Source of the DNA: Choristocarpus tenellus KU-1152
Lineage: Eukaryota; Protista; Phaeophyceae
Assembly (NCBI GenBank): GCA_964200185.2
Contig: CAXNAD020000064.1
Location: forward strand, 1-33,332
Reading direction: 5' to 3'
Length of the DNA: 33,332 bases
The notes beneath the pieces were generated by a model. It was given only the letters and a program-made list of their open reading frames with translations, had not been told where the DNA came from and ran no database searches. Below are positions 1-13,500 of this stretch, in pieces. The position numbers and the translations under genes are program-made. Within the stretch, counting starts at the first letter, position 1, and each line of letters begins with the position of its first letter.

Positions 1-60
1 CCATGACACATCTGCAAAATGTAAGAGGGCATAATAATAAAAAATATTGAACTGACTTTT

Positions 61-242
61 GGTTGAAAGTGTCTGTGGAGGGGGGGGGGTCTACACCAGG
101 GTGTCTATTCGGGCCTGACCAGGAAAAGTGCACTTACTTACACTATCCATCTGACGCATGCAACCAAATCACGGTAAAACCGCGACATGGAAAAATGGAC
201 CCCAAATGGACAGCCGTCACACCATCGCAGATACTTTGAGGC
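61..242 (+). mobile_element. Short (~180 bp) MITE, copy 1
   Basis: Ends GGTTGAAAGTGTCT...AGATACTTTGAGGC, with internal GACCCCAAATGGAC. It is an inverted homologue of 11241-11421. No clear TSD. Confidence 0.75.
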
Positions 243-717
243 TAAATTTCCCTCATACATCTCTAAATAATGCCAAAAAGTATAATAAAAATAGTAGTAG
301 ATGTGGTATGTAGTTTATATTGGATAAAAAGAGAAATGAGAAGTAGGACGTTGTGTGTATCCATTTAGGGAAGTCCAAACAATATATCATATTTATATGT
401 TGGTGTGTGTGTGGTGTGGTTGATGGAGTGATTGAAGATCTTTTGTTAGAATTACCAAGAAACGAGCAAGAACGTGGGAGACCTTGATTGCGATAATACG
501 ATTTATAAACGGTAGTAGTTCAACCTAAATATACTTTGTACAAGGAAAAAGAAACGAGAAAAGGATGTTAAGGCGTCCACTCTGGAAATCCAAGATACCA
601 TAAATATCTTAGGTAGGGTGTGTTTGGTTGATGTGGTGATTGAATTTCTTTTTGTGGTGGACTTCAGTCAGGATCCAGCATCCACGATCGAGGAATTCAG
701 GATCGAGATTCTTGGGC

Positions 718-1595
718 ATGGCTTCGTATCCTGAAGGCATAGGGCTGAAAGGTGTAGTATCCCCAACAAAGGTCTACCGGGTTGTTGGATCGAACATCTC
801 TATTGGACGGCAGGCCGGACAAGATGTGGTAAGCCATGCTGACAGTAAATGGGATCGAGCACCCTATTACCTTTCGATTATGTAATACTGAATTCAAAGA
901 GCGTGAAGATGATGACTAGTGCTTACTGGCTGGGGGTAGCACATATGGGGCTCAATGTTGCATATCACGATCTGTAGTCTGACACGTACTTAGGTCGCCT
1001 ACGTTGCACTGCGGACTGAAAAGCATTTTTTCATGTCTCACACAACCTGGTTCGTCGATTCGCTCATCATTACATCCACTACTCCTTCAACACACATCCC
1101 TCATTCTCTATACTTCTCTTTATTGTCGCGTCTTCAACCAACTGCTCGAAGGAACTGAGTCATCCATCTGTGTCAGCTACCCACGCGGAAATCATCATAG
1201 AAGACAATGCGGTAAGAAACATCTGGTATAGTCCTTGCTGCAGGTCGAATTGTGCATGATAATTTTTTGGTTTTAGGTAGTTTGTATCGTTTCGTGCAGG
1301 TAAGTAGGGTGAGTGTGTGTGCTCGCGTGTTGCAGGCTGACCATGGAGAACTTGATGGAGTGTTGCATTGCACCGTCCAAATGTTTCTATCTCGTTTTGA
1401 ATAATTTGTTGGCTCTCAAGCTATTGGGTGTATACACCAGATTGTCCTCCGAGACCTCAACTCCAAAGCGGGGACATTCTTCCTGGAGAGCAGCTACAGG
1501 GATGGCACTTTGGAACGAATGGACCCCGATGAAGAAGCGGAGATAGAAGATGGAGACTGGGTGCGTTTTGGGGATGATGAATCTGAACTATACCT
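718..1595 (+). CDS. Exons 1-3 encoding an FHA (forkhead-associated) domain
   Basis: Spliced peptide ...ISIGRQAGQDV|ELSHPSVSATHAEIIIEDNA|IVLRDLNSKAGTF...IEDGDWVRFG contains the FHA GR, SxxH, DLxSxxGT and GDxxxFG motifs. Donors gtaagc (829), gtaaga (1212) and gtgagt (1596). Confidence 0.85.
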
Positions 1596-4500
1596 GTGAG
1601 TTCTTCATCTCTCTCTGACGCCAAATGCACCTTCAACTCGCTTTCATTGTCTGCACCATTTGAGTTTGCTCCTGTCTTCGTTCTCTCCAGGGTTGAGGTG
1701 TTACGCTCTCCAAGCTACAAGGACGATGCACCAGGAAGGGACCAACAGGACTACAAGTCTTTGCCCGGCGGAAATCACGATGGAGGTGGGGGTGGACTTG
1801 AAGCGGTTGATCTTCATTACAAGATAGCTAGTTTGTTGCATTCACCAACTTGACTTGCTGTAGTCTCGTACTTGATGCCTTTGTTTGTTCTCTTCTCCCC
1901 CTCTTTCGATATGCTCACCTCCCTATTCCCATCCCTACAACCAAAAGAGGAGGACATCCCCTGCAAACCAATTTTACCGACCTCCAAATGAATAACTTTA
2001 CCTTGGGTTGTTCTTTGGTGACCCTACCAACGGCAGGAGTGCTCATGAAATGTTATCAGTATTCTGGAATGCTCAAATGTTGTCGCAGTACATGTGTACG
2101 GTCAGATATAATAAAGACTGATGGATTGTGCAAAATATTAGGTTCACAACGGGCAGTGATCGTCACAGTATTGAGTGCACAGGAACTGGCTGAGGCTCTC
2201 CCAACAAACACTTTTGGTCAAGTAAAAAAAGGAGCTACACAGGACCCTTACGTCCGTCTTACGCTCCAAGGCAAGGAGAAAAATGGTGCTGAGGTATCTG
2301 GATCTACATCTACAGTTCCACAAGGGGGCACTAACTGCACATGGGGTGGGACTGCCGAAAAGGGAGAAGAGGTTTACCTCTCATTTCCTTCTTCTGACAA
2401 TCCTTCAATGACATGCACTCTTCTCAGAGTGGATGTTTTTAACCAGGAAACACCTGATCGCAGCAAAGATATAACCATTGGGCGGGGTGAAGCACTTCTT
2501 GACTTATGGCTTCCTAATGGAGACATTGCAGAGCCAGATAAGGGACAAGCAAGGTGGATAGAGCTCACCCTCAGAGGGAAAAAAAGGGGGAGGGTCAGAC
2601 TCTGCGTCAGGGATGCCAAAGAACATATGGATATGAGAAGTTTGCCAGTGAGAATGCATGGTATGGAGGTGGATGGTGATAAAGCTCAGGATGGCTACAG
2701 TGAGCATATGGATGGAGAGGTTGACCTGAACAGATGCCAGGTTGGGGCCAGAGAAGAGACTATGGGTAATCCAATACCTGGAACTGAGGGAAGGGTTGAC
2801 AAGAGAGAGGACAGAAAGTGTGTGGGTCAGGAAGAAAATGAAAATATTCTGGGTCAAACTTTAATCACCCCTGAGGGCGGAGTGGTAAGGCAAAGGGACC
2901 GTGAAGTTGGGAACTCCAAAAATAAACACCACTCAATTGTTTTTTCCTCAAACTGGGGAAAGGAAGGATCGAACAACCCAAAGAGCACCTTCATTGCGGG
3001 GCTTGCATTGGCAACTAGGCTGCGAGGGAGGGCTGGAGTCAAAGGTGATGGAGATGAGGAGGCTGACCCAGCAGTTGAGATGGCGGGTTTGGATGCCAAC
3101 ACTGCAGTAGTCAATGAGGATAAGTCGAAAGAAGAAGGCTCAGATAGCTCCCCACCGCAACCAGATCAAGACAAGAGGGAGTTGTGTGGGACACCCAAGG
3201 GTGCTAGTGTCAAAAGGGACTGGATTGATGGGGGTATTGTGGCATCCATCAGGGGCAGTCTGCACGCTGGAATTTCAATTGCTGGGGCGGGAGTTGCACG
3301 ACTTCGTGAGTCCAAGGTTAAGGGAGGTGAAGGGGTTAGGATTATTAGTGCAGTAGAGGGCAACCAGAGACTCGGGGACAATCAACACGAGGGGAGGGAG
3401 GAGAATGGTGGAGGGATGGAGGACACAGCCAGAGTGGAAGGAATTTTTGAAACTAACCTAGAAAGAGATAAAGCTGTGGAGGTGGGAGATGGGAGCATGG
3501 GCCCTGAGGTTTTGATGGCAGAGAAGGCAAGGGCACAGACCGATCATGATGGAGTGGAGGCTGGGACTGAAGGAGAAGTTAGGGAAGGTGTGGAACGATG
3601 GGGAAGGACAGACGAGACAATGAAAAGCAAGAAAGTATCAGAGGGTCAGGAGGTCACTAAAGAAGATACACCAGTGGATGAAGAAACAATGGCGTCATCA
3701 ACTAATCAGTTGCTGGCATCAAGAGGCGTTGGATTCCTTAAAGATCTTCTATACCAGAAAAAGGTTCCATTTGGGGAGAGTGTGTGTGAGGGCAAGCACA
3801 AGAGTGGAATGAAAGAGCAGGAGATTGGCCAAGATGAGACAGTTACAAGTGGGACGGTATCAGGGAGAGAGGAGGGCACTGATCAGGACCCACCAGTCAG
3901 CAGAGAATCAATTGTGTTTTCACCTAGTCGGCTGCTTGCATCAAAAGGGTCTGGGTTCCTCAGAGATCTCTTGCACCAAAAGAAGGGTCAATGTGTGGAG
4001 GGTTTGAAGGATGGCAATGAAAAGGGTCAAGAAGAAGAGCGACAAGAGGTTGACACAGGGGATAGCAAGGAGGTGCGCCTTGTTGGTTGTGAATGCGGAA
4101 TGGAGGGTGAAAAGGTGATAGGTAGGAAAGCGTCAGAGGGTCAGGATATTGCTGATCAAGGCACAGCAGCCAATGAAGAATCAATGGTGTCAGCACCTGA
4201 TCAATTATCGGCATCAAAAGGAGCTGGATTTCTCAGGGACCTATTTATTCCAAAGAAGGGTCTCCTTGCAGAAGATGGGCAAAAGGAAAACAACAAGGGT
4301 GGGAGCAAACAAGGAGAAGCAATTGATATTGAAGATATCATGGACACACGTCGTGTAGGTAGTGAGAATAACATTTGCAGTCCTAGCATTGGTCCTAGTG
4401 AGACTGCTTATGGATCACAAGCTGAGAAAACTGTGTTTGGGTTTTCGTCACCTAAGGCAACTGTAAAATCACTCAAGGCCACCTTATCTTCCCCTCTATT

Positions 4501-7500
4501 GAAGTCACACCTACAAGTCCTGGGGTCATGGAAAAAGACTACCAGAGATGGGGTAACACCCACACAAGCTGTACTCTTGAGTGACGGAGGGATCACCACC
4601 TCGGATTCTACGGCAGGGCCACCTACCTCCAGCAGAGAGGTTGAGGAAATTGATGCTAAAGGTTCCTTGCAATCACAGTCGCGCAATATCAATGCCATGG
4701 TTAACACATTCAACTTAGATCCTAAAGTGGAGAGGTGTACAGCTGCAACACCACCGACTATGGTTTTTGTTTCTGTCCTGAAGGTGGAAGATCTGGCAGA
4801 GATCCTTGCAAAAAGAAGCTTTGGGAGGTCCCAAAAAGGATCAACTCTCGACCCTTATGTGAAAATCAGCATTGCTGATGTTACAGGTATCACATCCACA
4901 GTCCAGGGTGGGGGCCGGGAGTGTGTGTGGGGTAGGGAGGGTATGGGGGAGACTCTTGAAATAAAAATTTCTGATGAAGTCAGATCAGCTGCTTCAGAGA
5001 ACTGGGGTACTGTGCTGGTGGAGGTATGGAATGAAGAGAGTTCGGACAGAGATAGGGACATCATTGTGGGGTCAGGAGAATTGGGCTTGGAGAGGTGGAT
5101 TAAAGGGAAGGCTGTTTGGGTAGAACTATCAATGAAGGGAAAGCCCCGGGGTCGTGTGAAGCTCCTGGTGAGTGCCCCCAGGGACACAGTGTTGGGAGAA
5201 GAGGGTGAGATCAAAGATGAACAGCTTGGTATTTTGCAAGTATTAACAGGGGTCAGGGCAGACAAGGGTGCAGTTGTGGAAAAGATTGTTGAAGAGAGCT
5301 CAAGTACTCCTAGCAGCAATGATGTTGACAACGCCTCCTGCAGCGAAGGAGGGGATAATTCTGGGAGTCTTAGTAAGGAATGCAGTCTAGCAAATTCCCA
5401 GAATGCAAGGCATGGGCATATGTGCACTACTGGTGATAACAGCGAAATATCTTCCATTGGGGCGCTCCCCAAGCCTTTTGAAGGTGCAGGAATGACCAAA
5501 GGGGCGGATACTGATGGCAATACTAGCGAGATACGAGAAAGTGGGGAGGACCGCCAACAACGTAGGTCCAGTGCTGCCATCGTTGACAACCTCACTACGG
5601 AGACATCTCCATCAACATCTATGCTAAGTGTGGATGGGCACAAGGAAGTCAGTGATGGAAGATGCCAAGGGGATGGAAGCACTGACATACCCGAGGGGGT
5701 AATTGATGTAGGAGAAAACATTGGCAGTAGGGACAAGGCCCTTGTCAAAGAAGTGGGGCCTGGGGTAGACAGAAATATTCTAGACCTTTCTGTTGTGATT
5801 ATGAAAGTACATGGACTAGCTGGGCCCTCGCCTAAAAATAGTTTGGGGAGGCCAAAGGTGGATACAAGATTGAATCCGTATGTGATATTGAATGCCTGTG
5901 GGAGGAAAGGCACCACCTCCACAGTTTGGGGTGGGGGTAAGACATGCACCTGGCATGGTGAGGATGGGGAAAGTGTTGTCTTGGGGATTCCTCGAGAGGC
6001 TCTTATTTCTCAAGGATCAGGGGATGCACTGGCGGAGACTCTGTTGAGCGTAGAAGTTTGGAACCAAGAAAGTGAAGGGGATATTGGTGCCAATTTCATC
6101 GGGTCATCAAGTATCTTACTCAGTGATTGCCTAGGTAAGGGTGTCATGTGGATGGAGATGAGACGAAGAAGGAAGGTTAGAGGGAGGATCAAACTAAAAG
6201 TGCTGTGTTCAGCTCTGAGAGATACCCAGAACTTGTTGTGTGTGGAGCAAGAAATTCAAGGAGAGGAAGGTATTGTTGATAAGGGAAAAAAAGTTGAAGG
6301 GGTGGCAGGGGAGGACTTGGCACTGGAGAATACGGGAAGCTTTACTACAAACCAAGGATTGCATGGTGATGCTGCTTGTGATGAATCAAACATGGTTGGT
6401 AGTAGTCAGGATGAGTGCAGGGATAAGGACACAAGGGTAGGGGGAGAGGAGGAGTTGACACAGCCAACAGAGGAGAGCATCACAAATGCTAAGGTCCCTG
6501 GTGCAACAGGGACAGCGCTGGAGATGGAAGCCAGCCACATTCAGGAGAGTGGACCTTTTGAGTTGCAAGGTGAGACTGCTGTAAGTTTTCTGTACCTGTG
6601 ATAGTACTATCAGCCAGGAGCAATGTGCAGCCTTTAACAGCATTGCATGACATAGGAGATATGAATTAAAGTCAATCGGACAAATCTACAGGCTGTGGAA
6701 ATCCTGGGACATGTCAACTACAAGAAGAGAGTATTTGTAAACCTCCACATATGTGGTGGTCATGGGGTCTTAGCCACAGACTCTGTGATGGAGTGACGAC
6801 ATAGTAGCATGCAGTCTCAGGATGTTGAGTTCTCCAATCAGGAAAGAATGCTCCACCCACCACCATCTGCACTCAATGATAGCACTGACGTCAGCAAATC
6901 TCATGCAGGATGCAGCATCAGTGATGGTAAGCCTTCAGGAGAGGCAAGGATACTTCATGGCCGGACCCCATTAGACCAGCACACCGGAAGCCTGTCAATC
7001 ACACACCAAAGCAGTAGGACTAGACGGGAAACCCTGGCAGCTTCAATGCCTGAATCAGCTACCCCTCGACTGCTTGAACTAGCCTATGACTCACCTTTGG
7101 AGATGACCCCTAGAGGAAAAGAAATGATCGGAGGCATCGCCTCTGCCCTTGCTCCAAGAGAAGAGGGTAAAGGTATGGTTCAGAACCACACAGAAACCTC
7201 TGCTTCAGGCAAGTCTGTGCCAATGGGGGTGGGCAGTGCACAACTTATTGAGAAGGGCATACATAGTGGTGAAGCATCACATGGACAATCCACTGTGATC
7301 GGTGATGGAGGACTGACAAGGTCAGTCAAGGACGATAAGCCTAGCAAGTTTGATGAGGGTATTAACCCTGGAAGAGAGCATGCGCACACCGAAAAACCTG
7401 ATGTTTTGATGGCATATCGTGTTCGTGCACGAGAGATAGCTCGCAAGAGACGGGAGGCAGGTGCTGCATGGGGTCCACTTGGCCAGCGCCGTCCTGCATC

Positions 7501-10500
7501 AGTCTCAGCTTTCGGTACATGGAACCTTCCAGGTGTGAGTGAGAAAGAGATTGTAGCTGCTGCTCTCACAATTCAGGGTGCTTGGCGTGGTCACACGGCA
7601 AGGAGGAGTGTTCGGAGGCTACATCGAGCTGCACAGAAGGTGCAAAAGGTTTACCGGGGTTATCACGGACGGAAGACATTCCTGGGGCTTGCCACTAGGG
7701 TGAAGAGGGCGAGAGAAGAAGAGGAAAGGAGGCGGGTGCGCCGACGAAGGATTGCTTGGATGCAGCAGGCAAGTATTACTACAGAGTTATCTAGGTATGC
7801 AATACTTGTGAAAAAGGCAGTGACTGGCATGCTGTCACCAGCCAGCTAATATTTCAGCTGATTTAGTGCGTGATTTATGCACTTACTGATTTCACTTGAA
7901 ACAGTTATACTCTGTGCTATGTGTGCTATTAGAAGATTTTGCACATACTTACGTTAATAGTAGGCACGATGGCCCCTGTGGTCACTGTCAGGGCATGCTC
8001 CCTCGTGGAATTAATGGAGCCTTTTGTTGGAGTGGTGTCCTTCTAGTGGTATCCCATCCCATTCACGATCCTTCAAAGTATAGAGTTCAAATTATATATA
8101 TTGTACTAAGTTGCTCCTTCCCTCCTCCTTAGTCTTTCCAGTAAACAGTTTCTTGATTAAGATTTCCAACCCTCGATGATTCATGTCACCTCACTTCTCT
8201 GCTTTCACACACACATCCATGTCAACCAGACATTAACTACCACGTGTGTACTGTGCTTCCGGCATGAGCAATGCCATATGGTCATGATAGCCATATGGTC
8301 ATGATATACTTCAGTCCTGTGTTTACAAAAAATACAAGTAGCTGTACCTGGAGTTGACTGGGGATATAGTGGCCTGGTCAAACCTCAGTCCTTCCTTCCC
8401 AGTGAGCTGTGCATCTACAGTTACACAAGTATATTGACACAAGATTTTGAATGTGTGAAGCTGAAGCAGATTAATTGTGGACATACGTCAGATGTTCCAA
8501 GGACACTGACCTTAAAAAACACCTCTTGAAGAGTGAAAGTATTTTAGGGTTAGGGCACATTTGCCCTGTTTGTCCGTTTGGGGATTGGCTTCCCATGTTT
8601 GTTTTAATGACATTTTCCTACTCCAAAGTCTTTCGGAGTAGGTATCACATATATGTCTGTAACAAGGACATTGATACTTCTTAATAAACATGATAGCAAA
8701 ATTACATCAAAACCGCAACATTGGATTTTGGCCACCAAAAAGATGCGGCTCTACCCTCTAAGATACCATGACTCACACACAGGGTCCTCAAGTTTCCATT
8801 ATCCTGCTTTTTCTAGCTTCTCACCCTTACATAGACATTCACTTTTCCATCTCCAGGAGCTCCATCTCCTCCAGGCCACCCCGGCAGTTGAGCTTCTTCG
8901 AACTGACACCCTTCGTTCTGGGGCCATGGCTAGACGAATACAGCACTTCTGGAGACAACACTCTTCTGCAGTACAACACCGACGTGCTTGTGTTGTAAGG
9001 AAAGATCAAGCATGTTTACGTTCAAATTCACAATATGGTGTGGCACCAGTAGGGAGGGGAAGGCAAAGGTTAACTGCGCCAAGGATGGAGTGGCTCAGCA
9101 GGTGATGCCTCCCTTCAACAAAGAATCCATGGTAGCTCTCACTATGCTAACACAGCACATTATTGCACGATGGATAGTTTCTTCTCAAAAGTAAGCAGAG
9201 GGGTTGATATATATATATTTTTTGCAGGGTTAGGGTTAGTCATGAGCCCACAGCCGCTGCTGTGCCCTGTTCCTCCTTTGTCTATGCGCTGCTCGCATCC
9301 TGTTCTGCAATACTGTCGGCATGTTCCTCTGACGGTTTATGGCAGAGACCGTCCTCCAGCAACTGCACTATCACTGGCAAACCTGCAGCAGAGGGTTATG
9401 GCTCGAACCACAGCAAAGGAGCAATTGCGACGTTGTAGTGGACAAGATAGTAGTCAGGTCACAGCTGCCAGACAGACAAGGACCAAAAAACAGTGGAAGG
9501 CGAGCATGAAAAGTACATACGAGTCTCTGATTGACTCCAAGGATGAGGTAGGTATCCTCTCTCTAGAACCAACCAATGTGTGGTGGGCACATTCCCTTCA
9601 GCAGAATGGAAGCACAGGGACATTTGTTAAAATTTGCTCTCTATATATATATATTTTTTTGGATGGCTACTATTAATGAAGGACTTGGACATCAACATAC
9701 TTCAAACAAGTGAAGCAGTACCGTCATACTTATATATATTGTCATACTTAGATTGTCCATTCTATGTACCGTTTGCTTGTTTTGATTTGGAAGCTAGTGG
9801 GCCCTGTTGTGGCTCCTGTATTCCATGTACTTTTTCCCTGCAAGGATCAAAATTTGAAGAATGCCAACAACATGCAGCTTGAGGCAAGAGAGTATATCGA
9901 TTGAGGAATTGTATTTTCAACTCTTCTTGATGCCCCAGAAAGTCTCCCCAGGTAACCAATAACTCCATTCAAATTGTTATCCTTTTCAAAACTACCTTCA
10001 GGCAAGGCACCTGGTAGCTGCCCTCCATGCTGCTGAACCTGCTCGTGCTGCTGCTGCAAAGAGTCGTCGAGACCATCTCAATAGCTTCAGACAACTTCAG
10101 GAGGAGCTCCTTCACCCATCTCCCCTGAGCACGGAACAGTCTCCACTATTATTGACTGGATCAGTTCCCACCAAAACAGGACATCTACTTCTACCTTCCA
10201 AGACTGGTATTTTGATGGGAGAGCAGGAAACAGGTGAAAGGAGAAGTGGGTGGTTCCCTCCAACTCAAATTTTGGAGAAGTGGAGCAAGGGTGAAAGGGG
10301 GCATGCATCAAGGTCCATGTCTGCCCAGCATGGTACATACAAGGTATGGTCACATAGTGTATATACAATCTGATGTGATTTGTCTGAAGTATGACTTACA
10401 CAAAGCAAGCGTGTAGTGTTGATAGTAGTAATAGTAAGTTCAGGCTATCAGTATGAATTGTACATCTCATGAGCAATAAATGCTACCATAACAACAAAGA

Positions 10501-13500
10501 AAAACATTCAACATTCTAGTTCATGAATGAGCTCACTTGTAGCTCCTACTTAACCTAGCACGCCTCACACATCTAGGATAAGATAAACGTGTGCTGAGAG
10601 AGTAGACAGCAAGGGTTTGTTTGAGTCATAGCGATCAATATCATAATAGTTAGTGCGTAGGTAGAAGAGTACTGATGCAGGTGGTACTAGGTGGTACTAG
10701 GGTAGTATTGTGTGAAAACGGCATGGAGATCAACAGCATAATCTGTATATATCACATTGAATCAGTAGGATGCATACAGCCTATGACCTCACCTACCCCA
10801 CATATGGCATATATTTTTCCCTAGTCATGACCCTGCTTCTGGTCTTTTCCTCTGGAAAACTGAAAAACTCAGTGGTGGAGTACAAGCTTGCCTGCAGATG
10901 TGGGTGCAGATGGACCAATCGACATTCGTGGTGTGGTTTCACCTTGGCCTTCTTTCCCAATGGATCAAAAGAAGGATTCAGTGAATGGCATCATCAGTCC
11001 TGTGTTGGAGGGAGAAGGCAAGAGGACACAAGGTCATGCCACCACCACAAAACATGACCATGATTGTGATGAAAGTGATGAAGCCTCGCTCTGGTGGTAT
11101 TCATATGCCAGAGCAGGGGGTCCAAGGCCGATGACAAATGACTTGCAGGATCAGCCGCAGCCATCAGAGGTAGGATCGAATGGTGCTACACAGGCAGTGT
11201 TGGTCAGGTGTCCCAGTTCCTTGCCTTGCACTTTGTGCAGGGCTCGAAGTATCGGGGGGGGGAGTGGTGGCTGTCCATTTGGGGTCAATTTTCCCATGTC
11301 GCGATTCTTGGGTGATTTGGTTGAATACGTCGGATGGATAATGTAAATGCACTTTTCCTGATTTTGACCCAAATGGACACCCTGGTGTAGACCCCCCCCT
11401 GCCTCCCAGATACTTTGGATCGTAGGAAAGAGCTTACCACTATCACCCTACTATGTGGTACATACTTGAGAATATTACATTCTTCAAAGCACTACCCACT
11501 ACTAGTGCAAACTGTGCTGCAGTTGGTTAGGGTTAGGGTTAGGGTTAGGGTTAGGGTTTGCAGCAATCGTGCCCCCCAAAGTTTAGTTTGTTTATTTTAT
11601 TTAGTTTGATTAGTTTATAGGATTTGCAACAACGAAGTAGTGAAATAGTGGTCAGAAACTCCTTTCTGCCACAAATTGGACAAGTACCTCTTGTGGTGTT
11701 GTGGTATGAACCTACTTCGAAATGATGATGGGTACATCAACAGCTCAGTTCTTGTGCCATCCTGTATCTCCAGACCTATAGCATGACATTTGCAGTGGCT
11801 GGCGTTGCTATGATGCCAGAGTACATATACTCTTAGTGTAGCTATTAGCTGCACTCGGCACATTTCTATGCATGCATATGATGCCCTCTTCTTTGCCCTT
11901 ACATTTGTGTATGAAATAATTAGTTCCAAGCACTTGATTAAGTAATGAAAATAGACCAATCAGAGCTAAAAAGCATCGAATTGGCTCATTATGATGCACG
12001 CTCTATCCCATTGATGCAATCTTGAATCTTTATGATTGTCCTGCTACCTCTGCAACCACAGTGTGTATGGATATGTATATATTTCTTCTTCTTCTATTGT
12101 TGTTCTCAACATGCATTTTACATCGTTTTACACCATTTTAAGGACAAAACTTTCAAGGAGCTGTTGGAGAGAGTGAAGACAGGATCTGCACTTAGGTCCA
12201 AGGCAGTGGATGAGGAGGTGGAAAGAGCACGACTAAGGGTGGAGCGGGATGCTGAGGCCCTAATAAGTCAGGTACAACTCATTTTATCTTACTACAGCAG
12301 CATCTACTTCTGCCCCCATTTCCTGCATAAAGCAGGTCACAGCTAATTGCTGATATCCTCTCCACAATGCCAGGCAAATGTGTAATAAACAGAAGGTTCA
12401 TTGTGCAGCTCCATCATCCACCAACAAATACCCACTCTGCTGCCCAATTATTGCAAAAACACCAGGCTGGACGGAGTCTAAGGATCAACATGTGTCCAAG
12501 CCTGACCACCTTGCGCGCTCATGCATCTGTTAGGCAACACAATGCAGCTGTAAAGATCCAGGCCTGTGCTCGAGGAGTTCTGGGGCGAAGGAGAGCAGCT
12601 GTACTCAGGGCAGAGATGAGGGTGTTTGGGGCTTTGCAGGTGCTTGGATGGTACATTTCTTGTCCCCTGGGTGCACACACTCACTGATTTGCTGGCAGAA
12701 CCGTCATCTGTAGTGAAACATCCTGCAGCTACCTCGTGAGCTTTGCCAAAATCAGTAATGATACAATAGTGTTAACTACAATGATTGTATCATACTGTAC
12801 AAATACTAAGGAGTAGCAAGCAGCTATGAAACACCATAAGCACGCACCTATATTGGATGGATTCGAATCTTGTGTTGAGTATCAGATGTGTTTGCCCTGA
12901 TTGAAAGTATCTTAGAGGGTTTACGAGTTTTGCTCTGTTTGTCCGTTTGAGGCTTGACTTTCCACGGGTTTTATATAACACATTCCTACTCTGAAATGTT
13001 TCACAGTAGGTAAAACATACACATTATGAAAAGGTGTCCAGAACAAGGACGTTGACACATCTTAATAAACACGATAATAATAGCCAAAATTACATCAAAA
13101 TCGCAATATTGGATTTTGGCCCCCAAATGGACGCAGGTCTACCCTTTAAGATAATTTGACTCCTCAGGCCGCAAAATCCCTTTTCCCATCAATATATCCA
13201 TCTATATGCAAACCAGCCCTTAGAAGGTCCCATGCAACTGCCTAGAGATGTATCGCCCGTCACCTATGGTACAAACCAGTTGTGTCTCTTCCCTACTGTT
13301 CATTGGTGTGCATACCTCAAGTTCTCCAGACCACTCCTGGAGGTGTAGGGGCATCATATGCTAATCTTTTGCCACTCTTGTCCTGATAATGCTCTTGCCA
13401 TTTTTTTAGTCTTGACATTTCTCTTGTCCTAATGTCATCCCATTCACATTAGATCATACCATGACAAACGGAATGAGCTAATTGGGACTGGATCTTTTCA

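Noticed and set aside
1-640. Possible minus-strand gene fragment (acceptor-like TTTTGCAG at ~12-19, donor-like GTAATT near 454)
   Set aside because: Too little coding sequence inside the window to support it.
1850-2141. N-terminal ~97 aa of the 1583-aa ORF
   Set aside because: Best explained as intron 4 being open by chance. A phase-matched acceptor lies at 2141 and the upstream FHA exons supply the N-terminus.
4855-5949. 364-aa minus-strand ORF and other overlapping antisense ORFs
   Set aside because: Ser/Pro/Leu-rich antisense shadow of the large coding exon.
9843-9951. Exon-like segment ending CAG|GTAACC in intron 8 of gene 1
   Set aside because: No phase-0 to phase-0 reading without a stop, and exons 8 and 9 join cleanly without it.
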